A stretch of 64,000 nt of DNA, from positions 66,340,001 to 66,404,000 of the forward strand of contig OX638153.1 in the NCBI GenBank assembly GCA_951804945.1. Reading direction: 5' to 3'. This DNA is from Podarcis cretensis. Taxonomy: Eukaryota. The notes under the pieces were generated by a model. It saw nothing but the letters and a program-made list of their open reading frames with translations. It was not told where the DNA came from and did no database searches. This document shows positions 1 to 64,000 of this stretch, one piece after another. The position numbers were made by a program, and so were the translations under genes. Numbering within the stretch: the stretch's first letter is position 1; every line of letters starts with the position of its first letter.

Positions 1-1004
1 TACTTTGCGCAAACATACATTCCAAACGAGCATCACTATACAGTGGAATTATCCACTGTTGTGATTCCACTATATTTTTTATTCCTTTTCTTAGAAATTC
101 TATGCTTAAAAAAAGATAAATAAAAAAGCCAGCTATTACATATAGTTCAGAGACCACTACTGATGGCTTAGCGGAGAAAGCTAGGCATAGAATGCTATCA
201 GGGCACAAGCACTTTAACACCTTGTTGGGGGCATTTCAAACACCACTAGAAAAACCCAAATACCCACCATCTATTAGTGGTCTGAAGATCTTACGTCCAT
301 TTTGACATCTGAACCTATCTTATAATCAACAATCTCATTTGGACACCAATTTCAATGGCTTATATAAATGCATATGTTTAAATAAGTCTGATGCATCATT
401 CTTAACTTTTTAATGGATTGTTGGATTCTTCATGTTAATGGGAATGGCTCTTGCATTTCCCCCTTCGTTTTTTTCTCCTTCTTCCTTTTACAATATTTGC
501 TATGCACCTAAAGCAAAATCCAAGCAATTTAGCCTCTTCTGGACTCTATTACATCATTATACTTAAAGGATTAGTAGACACTGAGAAACAAGATGTTCTT
601 CTACAAATGTTTCTCGAGTGACAATTGTGTGGGGTGTGGCAATTGTTTTGTTTCGGAGATGCAACTTCCACTACATATTTCTTTTTAACAGCAACTTTTA
701 CTTCTATAGATGCCACCGCAGGAGAACAAGTACCGGGGGTGGAGGAGTGGAAATTCATGGGTGCAGGCCAATGTTTTTGTGTTTTGAATATATAAACTTA
801 ATTTGTTGTGTGACAGCAATGACACCGGATTGGTAGGGAAGAAACTCCTCTTATAAACAAAAGACATTGTGCTCTGTTGTTCCATATTGCTTGGGAAACG
901 TGCTGTGTGCCTCTATGGGTCTGAAAGAGACCTGCAAACACAGTTGCCTCACTGCTGGAGCCAGGCATTTCTGCACCCACCACTCTATCCCGCTGAATGA
1001 GCTA

Positions 1005-54889
<53,885 letters not shown>

Positions 54890-57800
54890 TTCCCCGGCGG
54901 GCGCCGAAGGACGGGCGGGCAGAGCCGAGCTGAGGCGACGGGGCTGGCACGGAGGCGCACACGGGGCGCTGAGGCGAGGGAGGGAGGGAGGGAGCGCGTA
55001 GACGGCGCGGGCCGGGAGGGAGCAAGGGAGACCGTGGCGCCAAAGGGACAAGGAGCTGCCTCTGGCTCGGCGGCGGCAGGGCAGCTCCGGCTCCCGGGAC
55101 GCGAGAAGGGCTCTGTTCGGGACGGCGGCTGCTGCAGCTGCTGAGCGACCCGCGCGCACACTGAGCCTCTCTGTGCAGCGTCGAGGGAGGGGACAGCGGC
55201 TCATTCACACATCTCGGAGGTATACATATTCATACCCTGGTCAGCCAATTAGGACGCGACCTGGAGGAGGCGGCCGCCGAGGTTAGGGGCGGGGTTAGAA
55301 GGATCGCGTCTTCTCTTAAAGCGCTAAGGACAGCTGGCCGGCGAAAGCGCGGCGCTACAGCTCGGGGTAGCGCGTGGCAGGCGAGCGGAGGAGCCGCGGG
55401 CGCGTCCAGGGTGCGGTGCTCAGCGCGCTCGGTAGGGAATTAGGACATCAGTGTGCGGGGAAGCACTGGGACCGCCAGGAGGTCAGAGGTCCGTCCGGGG
55501 CCCCTCGCTCCGCAGGATGAGCGGAAAGGCCCCAAGCGCAGCATAGCCAACTCTGAAGTGGGCAAATAACTCATTGCCATGTGAGCTCCAGCGAGACCAT
55601 TAAGGCCAGCGTCTTAAAATTACCCAGCTGCCTGCATGCATTGGGTGACGGAGTTACTTCTGAGTAAGCACGCATAGGATCGGTTTGCAAGCCACGTCAC
55701 ACTCCCCCCCCTTTTTCCGAGTTAAGGATGCAGTCCTAAGCCCACTTACTTGGGAGTAAGCCCCATTCAATGGTGTTTACTTGTGTGTGGTTAGGATTGC
55801 CACCCACTCTGGGCCATCGCCTCAATCCCAGTTATGTGCTGGCCTGAGAAGATTCACAGAGTGCTCTGTGTCTAGACAAAGATGCCTCTTCCTAATTAGT
55901 ATTCCTTTACGGGGCTGCGTCTGCATGCGAAGGAGTCCAGGCTGAGTTCCCCACCTGCAAATCTGCTGCCAGCCATTATGAGAACAATGAGCCATATGGA
56001 CTAAGGCAGTTCCTTTTATTCCTAGCAGAGATTTGGGGTGTGAACACTGAAAAGAGATCTGAGTGACTGCAGAACAACAATGAATTCACAGTATGATAAA
56101 ATAATAGTGGTGTCCCTGCAAAATAAATAAATAAATAAATAAACTTCCTTTCTTTCATCACTGACTTATCATTTCCTGTATCAGAAATGAATTGGACTAA
56201 AAGTACCTTATCAATTTTATAGTTGTTTGGATGGGAGTCATGGACTGCAAATGGGTCAATCTCATTTTTCTGCGTGCAGGTTTACTGCATGAGCTGCCCC
56301 TCCACCCAGTCACTAGAGGACTTTGGCAGAATGCCAAAAAAGAGTTATTGAGTGGCCTGTGTCACCTAGGCTGAATGGGATTTCTGCTTGGATCTCACCA
56401 ATCCTAAACCAGCGCTTCAGCTACTGCTTCGCCTATCTTGTGCCCTCTAGATGTTTTAGACTACAACTCCCATCAGCCACAGCCAGCAAGACCAAGCTTG
56501 ACTTTATCCTCAACTCCCTTGGTAGCGTAATCTGAATTCTGCAATGAGGAATTGATGTTAGTTAAAACAATGCTTGTCAAGTGAGCTCAGGCCTGCTTGG
56601 GAGTGAAAAGGTTACAGAGATACAATCTAATTTTGGGAGCAGAACTAGGACATATTCTTACAAATTTACACCAGCTGCTTGTTGGAAGTGCTACACGCTG
56701 AAACCTCTAAAGGCCTTTTTAGCAGAACAAATCTGGGAGAGCGCCAGAAAACAACAGCGATAGTATAACTTATGGCCAAATTCAGCAAATGTGCAAAGCA
56801 AAACTAGTAGCTGAGCTGAGCTTTGTAACTTTTAAATCTTCTGCCTCAGCACCTTTTGATGTGCAGGCATGTATGCGCATATGTGCGCCTGCACATGAGC
56901 TCTGCCCCTCATGTCACCATGCATGCATACAAATTTGACAGAAGTCATCAAGTAAGAAAATGGTAGGCAAACTTCCCTATGGAAAGCACATCTACAATTT
57001 GTGTGTGTCTATGTATATGTGCTTGATGTGGTTGTTGATGGCAGCGAACACTTCCTCAACTTTTCTTGAGGAACTCTGATTTGTTCTTGTTTTTTCCTCT
57101 TCCCACATCCCTCCTGATGCCCTTTGTATACACTGAACTCAGTATGAGGGCGAATTGCCCATCACTGAAAGTTAAGTCTTCAATCTTATAATAAGATAAG
57201 TTTTGTTAATTGTGAAGAGGTCTAGCTTCACTCTGTCTCTGCCTGCTGATTTACCAGATTCATGGAAAAAGTAAATCAAAAGAATGATGGGCAGCTGGGG
57301 CTGTAGTGGTTTGTGACACCGAATTAAAACGGAGCACCTTCAAAGCAATTGGGTATTATTCAGCTAAGTTTTATTCAGAGTAGAACCACTGAAATAAATT
57401 AATATGACTAAGTTTAAGTCCATTAATTTCAGTGTGTCTGCTTTGAGTAAGACTCAATACCACCCTTCAGCAATTTCCTGATGGGAACCATTGATTAATT
57501 ACAAATATAGTCTAGCTTCTCTGTCTCACCAGCAAATTCAACTTTCTGTCTTTATTCTGCATATTCTTATTGAAAATTACTATAAAACATTCCCAGACTA
57601 ATTAATACTGGTAGTAAAACCAATCAAAATCACAAATGAAGTCTGAATCCAAACAGGATTCACCCTCCTTTGGACAAAGGGGTAGGAATAATGCTTAAGG
57701 CTATATTCTTATACCCACTTACCTAGGAGTAAGTCCCATTGAACTCAGTGGGGTTTACTCATGATTAAGCATGCATAAAATTGCATTGTTACTCAGTACT

Positions 57801-60800
57801 ATCTTTCCAAAGAGATGCAAATAAACCAATAAAATGGCCCTTTTTTATGTAATAGTAATTATTGATTAAGCTTATTAGTTGCCAGTTACCTCAAACATCT
57901 TCAGCATTTAAAGCATAGATGTAAATACATTATACAATGAAGAGAAAGAAGAAGAAAAAATCATATAAAACCTAAGCACACTTTAATACAATATGCAACC
58001 CTTGCCAATAGCCATAGGAAGCTTTGGCAGCACACTGGCAATAAAACAGAATCAACTCAGCCTATTAAAGGCCTGGGAAAAAAGACAAGTCTTTACTTGG
58101 CCGCAAAGACACCAGGCAGACGTCACTGGGCAGTCACAACCAAAAAAAAAAAAAAGGGCCCCTTTGTTGTCACCCACCTCCTAGCCTACCTCAGAGGAAG
58201 AACCTGGAAAAGGGTCTCCGATAAAGATCTGAAGGCCCAGTAGGTTCATATTGGGAGAGGAGTACCAGAAGATATTCTGAATATGACATTTCTGACTCAG
58301 GGCTGCGTTCCTTCTGTTTTGAAGAATACTCCTGTACTTCACTCTCCAGAGTGAATTTTGAACCTTTCCAGAGTTTGTAGGATGAGGTAGGTAAAACATA
58401 CCTGTCTTCTACCCCTGACCTGGTTACAGATGCTCTGAGCTAGAAAGGGAACACAAAGGACCCACCCGACTATACTACAAGTCTATACCAGTTTTAAGTG
58501 TCATGGCTTTCTCCAAAGTATTCTTGGAATTGTAGTTCTATGAGGATTCTGTTAGAGAGGCCTAATCTCATGCACGAAACCTTGTGAGGGGGTGGGGGAT
58601 ATTAAGGGGGCTTCTGGACTGGTGCTTAGGATGTAGGATGGCGCTGCTGCTCATACATGCAAGTTTTTGGAAGCATCAACAAAACATTACCAGCATCAAA
58701 ATGCCAGCCCATGTTTTCCTCCCATTCGATCCAGATTTACCTTTTCTGGGGTGTGTGGGGGGGGGAATGTGACAAGATAAAACCCCCCCAAAAAATCCTC
58801 TTACCTACGACCCATTTGCCCTACTCTCAACAATTCATTGACAGTATTATACCCCTGTCCAGAGAAATACAAAGTGTAGGCTCTTTAGGGAAACTAGATT
58901 ATCTGTCACTTTAGGAAAGTCCCACCAAATGCAAGTCATCACAGACATGGCTTGGAAAAATAAATTATCTGTGCATGACCAATAGCTAGATAGGAGATCA
59001 CTGGGGAACCCCATGTTTTTCTGTGAAGAAACAAATGACAGGTTTAGAATTCAAAAATACCTCTAAAAGAGTTGCGCACGGGCCTGATCTGTCACCTGAA
59101 ATGTCACTGAACTAAATACAGTTGCAAAGTCAGGTATGCAGTATTTTAACAGTAAATACCACACTGCAGTTTTGTGGTGCTAAAAATATTAATCGGGAAA
59201 AACTTTGTAGCATTGCGACATTTTCAGTTACATGTCAAACTCAAGTAGCCCTTTGTCTTGGTTTAGGAAGAATGCAACATTTATCTTAAGCAAATCATTT
59301 TATCTAGCAGGCTCAAGTTACTATTGCAAAGGCAGCACAAAACACCCTCACAGAGCTATGAAAGCCCCATGACACTCTCAATTATAATACAAATAAATTT
59401 AAATACAAGTTCAGTTTAGATCTCAAACAGAGCAGTGATTTTCTGTTTAATGCTTCCCACTTAATGATTATGCAAATATAGACTGCAGAGTATAAGGTAA
59501 ACAAATACTTTGAAATTGCTGCTCTGGATTTATGACAGAATTGGCACATCAGTATCTTATAAAAAAAAACTACTGTAGAGTTCAGGACTCCACTATACTC
59601 GCAACAGTCTCATTTATTTATTTATACCCATTTCTACATATGTGTACAAACCTCAGAAAGCCCACCCAATTCAAATAAGAGATATAAAAGTATTCACAAG
59701 ATTTGGGCCTTTCTTACAAATAACCACTTTTCCCCTAACGATTTTATTTATTACATTTATATACAGTACTGTCTTTCTTCCATGGAACACAGAGTTATCC
59801 AGAGAGGGTCACTCAGCAGTCTATTATCTAAGCCAAACCTGCTTAGGTTTGATAACATAAGGTTACTGCATCATTTATGCAACTTCAAACTATATCCTGG
59901 AAATAGGGTATAGGGAATGATAGGGAATGAGTGTCTCATATGTGGACACCCTGACCATGAAACTGGAGGAATAAGATCTGGAGGGAGTCCCAAAGATGGG
60001 CTTGATCCCTAAGCTATGTACAGAAATTCTGCATTTTTAAAAGTTCTCTGCAATTACGTCAAAAGCAGCAGGGAGTGAGGGTTACACATGGATGTTGCCC
60101 TCATGTTGCCAGTGAATGTTGGCAGCAGAGACAGCTATTCAGTTATGACAACTTCTTGCCCATCAGAGTTTGGAATTAAGCTGAAGTAAAGCAAACGGCT
60201 TGTTTGCTTGTTTCCACTTCAACTAGGGGCCTAAAACAATAGGAGTCTTGTGGGCCATTCAGAAAAGGCTTTGCACACTGTTTATGGCCCACAAGCCAGT
60301 GGTTCTCCACCCTGCCTTAAAGCCTGCCATGAAATTAGTTTAGGAAGCCCTGGACAATTGCAAAGTGCAGCCTCCTCTTTATGGAAGGTATTTATGCTTA
60401 AAAAGCTTTTGGGGTCAAATAAGGGAACGTGGAAGTCCACTTGCAAGATTCTCAGTCAGGAATGGCTGAGAAGATCCAGCTGATGAGATTTGATGGGAGA
60501 ATTGTAAGTAGTAGCTAAGGACCAAGAGGGTTTGTCTAACATGGAGCCTACTAACAAACTGAACATGAAAAGATAGAGAACTGGAAGTGCAGGAGGAAAT
60601 GCAAAGATTGGCAGCCCAAGTTTTGGGCAACCAAGCCAGAAAAAATCAACTGCAGCCTGGATGCCACGAGTGAAGAACATATAGCCCCTTTTGCCCATGC
60701 ACACCCTATGAAGGGCTTAAGAGTCTACACCCCTACAGTGGGAATGATCCCAAAGGCAAAACACACTGGGAGCCCTATCTGTCTTAGGCTGAGATCATTG

Positions 60801-62804
60801 CTGGTTGAATCATAATACAAATCTGTCATGAAACAGGTGTGGGCAGGGAGGCGGTATCAGGCCCAAGGCCTCCAACCTTGTTGTTTGGCCCTCAGGACTC
60901 TTCCTCAGTCCACACACCCCTGCTGGCCCTGCTTGGCCTCCTTAAGTACTTTTTGCCTGGCTGGAAGATGTCCTTGAACTCTGACAATGCTTCTTGCTCC
61001 CCTGGATGGTGGCTAGAGAGGTGCATGGGTGTAGAAATAAGCCTACTGCATAAAGCTAAAAATTGAATTCATGATTCCTCACACTTTGCAACTGGTCCAT
61101 GAGAAAGTTGCCTAGAGGATATAACCCTTGGGGTGAAAAAGGTCTGCTACCCTTGACACAGAAAGTGTTTTGCAATGCAGAGATGGCCTCCATCTTTGGA
61201 CCAAGGAGTGTAAGCCAAGAGCAGTTTCTCAAATATTCCCTGCTAGTTGGGTTGCCCATCTTCCTGTGGAAGGTCTCCGGGGAAGTGTCCCAGCCAGCTG
61301 GAGGCGCTCTCCTTTTTCCTTGTTGACAGCGGTGCTGGAACCAGGCTTGCACCTACTTTTTGGCAATTTGCATGTAGGGAGGCAGTTCCATCTCACGGAA
61401 GTAGGAGCAAAGCACCTCCATATGCAGAGGGAAGAGCTTTGGCTGTGGACACGTTTTACATGCACAAATTCTTTTCCTTATTAGTAATTTGGAAACTAGT
61501 TAACTGAAGCCATGTACCCACTTTCAGACATATGGTGATGTTAACATGAACATTAAAAGACAAGTCCTGGTGTTCCCTTTTGTGGCTTCATTCCCCTGGG
61601 AAAATGGTCGTACAAGCAGTGAGTGAGGTCACCACATTTCCCATGAATATGTATCCCAGTACGCTGCTGTGGCATCACATGGCTGTTCCATCTGTTTAAA
61701 AAGCACTGAATGGTTTAAACTGGATCCTCAAATAAGGGTGCCTGCTTCTCTCTGAACCACAGCTGAGCCCATAGATGCCATCCAAATATGTGAATATTCC
61801 TGTGAAAGCAACCCCATTTTTACATGGAGAAATATTTGGACATTTTTACCACCATCACAAAACCCCTGATTAGTATCCACTAATGCAGTTTTCTACTTGG
61901 GGGGCGAGGGTGGGAGTCTCGAAAATAATTGGAAAGGTTACATGAGAACTAGCCACAAGAACAGTGTACAGAGCCTTTAAATACAAGCTTTGTTTCCACA
62001 AAGTGAACTAATCTCTAATACTAATCCCTTTAGTTATCTAGCATTCCTCCCCTTTCTTGTCTTATGTACTTCTGTTCTTTCTTCCATTCCTCATTATTAC
62101 AAACCGCATTCCAGCTGCCCAGGTCCATAGTTCTCACAATCTAGAGCCGGCCCTGCCATTAGGCAGATTGAGGCAACCGCCTCTGGCGGCAGCTGCAGAC
62201 AGAAAGAACTGGCAGCCCCTTGGCTGTTGCGCCTATGCCCCCATCACCAGCAGCCTTTGCTTGCTTTGGAGGACACAGCTGTGTATACCTCACAGTCTGT
62301 CTTGAGGCCATGATCTAGCCAGCTGACAGATAATATGAAGGATGCTACCCCACCACAACTGTTGAAGTCAGAGTCAACGCTCAATCAGGTCAGCTTCTGT
62401 ATGTGGAATGGGGAGTCGGTGCCATCTTGTTCTTTGCCCCATCATGGGATGGCTTTGCTTACCTAAGCTAGTTACCCTACTAAGGAAGCAGAGAAAGATG
62501 CTTAGTGGCTCACCCTCAATCATAACACAAACTTTTGCTGTGGGTTGGGCTTTCAGATGGAATGAGGGGATCTGTGTGGATTGATAACAAATTAAATAAG
62601 CATTAAAGCAGTGTGCTTGCTGTGCTATGTTCTTAACTATGTCATGCATGATTCCAGTTTAGAAGACAGTAGTGGGGGTGTTTATCTTGCAAAATAACTG
62701 AAACATTGTGAAGTTAGGCTGCAGGAAGTGTGGTCTTGGTCATCCTATTCGCAACCCTCATTTTTCAAGCTGTCAGTATGGTCATGATAAATAGCACTTA
62801 AAAC

Positions 62805-62880
62805 AGAATCATAAAACCATAGAATTGTAGAGTTGGAAGGGACCTTAAGGATCATGTAGCTCAACCCCCTGCAATGCAGG
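62805..62880 (-). mobile_element. CR1 3' terminus
   Basis: AGAATCATA-like octamer repeats followed by GAGTTGGAAGGGACCTT...CAACCCCCTGC, the reverse complement of the usual CR1 3' end. Confidence 0.65.
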
Positions 62881-63672
62881 GAATTTTGCCCAGATTGGGA
62901 CTCCAACCCACAACCCTGAGATTAAGAGTCTCATGTTCTAATGATGGAGCTGAGTTCTTTCACTTATCACACCTAATACAACCCAACAAAAGTTACTACA
63001 ATTACGTTCCATTTATGTAATTAATAACTAATGCTGCAATATTACGTCTACTTACCTAAAAACCAGCCTGAGATCAGCAGGACTTATTTCTGAATGAAAA
63101 TGAATAGGATTGGGCTGGCATGTCCCACTCTGTTGCCTTGAATGGAACATCCAGGCCATTCCTATGTCCATTTACCAAAAGGCCTTATGCATTTGGCCCT
63201 AATCCCAAGTAAGTACGGTATGTATAAGACGATGAGTTGGATCCAGACTGTTCGCTGAACTTCACTTCCACAAAACTCAATGCAACGAGTCCCATTGCTA
63301 TAAAAGCGAGTGAAGCTCAACTAACAGGCACTGCGATACAAACCCTCTTTGCACCAGGCTGGAAGGAGTTTGAATCCTACCAGCCTCTGCTGGCCACCAT
63401 TTGTGGAACACCAAAGCCACTCCATTACCTCAGGCAAGGGCAGAGACCTTTTGGTGCCTCAGGCAAGACACACTGTCAACACCCACCCCCAAACCAGGCC
63501 CCGGCATGGTGTGAAACTAGTGGCAACTCAGACGCTCTGAAGGAATGGGGGCATTCCACCGAGAGTCTTGGCAAAAAGAGGGTTTTCTGTGAGGCATTGG
63601 TGCCAATCTCCCCACTGCTCTAGGAGTGGAAGACCAGCAACAACACAGCCGCTCTGTGGGAATGCCTTTGGG

Positions 63673-64000
63673 ATGAATCTTGGTGAAATGGGGGTGTTCC
63701 GTGAGGTGCTGTTGCTGCTCTCCACAGCTTTGGCTTTCAGCTGTGTCTTCAGCTTACCCAAAGTACACGTGGAAGCTGCCACCGCAGAAGCTGGAGAGGG
63801 GTGGCTGCTGGAAGAAAAGAGGATAAGCAGTGGTGATAGTGGGGGAATCGGGATTTCCCACCCCCTGTGGAGCATGCTGCCTGAGACGGGCCACTTCAGG
63901 TCGCCTCACTGGTGCGCCGGCCATGGGCACAGGGATTTCAAAGGGCAGCCCAAGCTCTGGGTCCTGTCCCACTGCCATCTCACAGTGACATTGGTCCCAA
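63673..64000 (+). CDS. Candidate N-terminal coding exon of an unidentified secreted or membrane protein, truncated by the window end
   Basis: Frame open from 63541 to the end of the window. ATGs at 63673 and 63688 (GAAATGG context). MNLGEMGVFREVLLLLSTALAFSCVFSLPKVHVEAATAEAGEGWLLEEKRISSGDSGGIGISHPLWSMLPETGHFRSPHWCAGHGHRDFKGQPKLWVLSHCHLTVTLVP. Hydrophobic signal-like segment. Family not recognised. Confidence 0.4.
   Translation, partial: MNLGEMGVFREVLLLLSTALAFSCVFSLPKVHVEAATAEAGEGWLLEEKRISSGDSGGIGISHPLWSMLPETGHFRSPHWCAGHGHRDFKGQPKLWVLSHCHLTVTLVP

Noticed and set aside
61056-61507. Cluster of 75-104 aa ORFs on both strands
   Set aside because: No motif, no convincing splice-site pair and no coding-like pattern that I can see.
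63528-63978. Two minus-strand ORFs (115 aa and 74 aa), one ending at a donor-like TGG|GTAAGC
   Set aside because: No recognisable domain; the plus-strand signal-peptide frame explains the composition better. Not fully excluded without RNA data.

Overview
Vertebrate genomic DNA, almost certainly from a squamate and probably a lacertid lizard, judged from Sauria SINE copies and squamate-type CR1, L2 and MITE repeats. The window is dominated by the 5' three-quarters of SNED1 (sushi, nidogen and EGF-like domains 1, an extracellular-matrix protein) on the minus strand. I traced 22 coding exons by hand from the ATG at 54889, inside a CpG island, down to the first fibronectin type III exon at 1010-1306. 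All have GT-AG boundaries and compatible phases, giving 3127 nt of uninterrupted reading frame: signal peptide, NIDO, 12 EGF/EGF-like modules, sushi, 4 EGF, FN3. The gene continues past position 1. Introns carry many transposon remnants, several of them nested and with clear target-site duplications (TSDs), plus one 178-nt assembly gap. Most ORFs in the supplied track are spurious. The most interesting observations are: (1) an intact extra Arg/Tyr-rich EGF exon at 19768-19884 that I do not recall from human SNED1; (2) the RGD and LDV integrin motifs of human SNED1 appear here as QGD and IDV; (3) a candidate internal alternative first exon in intron 3 that splices in frame to exon 4; (4) an unlisted plus-strand ORF with a signal-peptide-like N-terminus running off the right end, divergent from SNED1. 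Comparisons with human SNED1 rely on my recollection of that sequence and need an alignment to confirm. I see no evidence of a wholly new multi-gene system.
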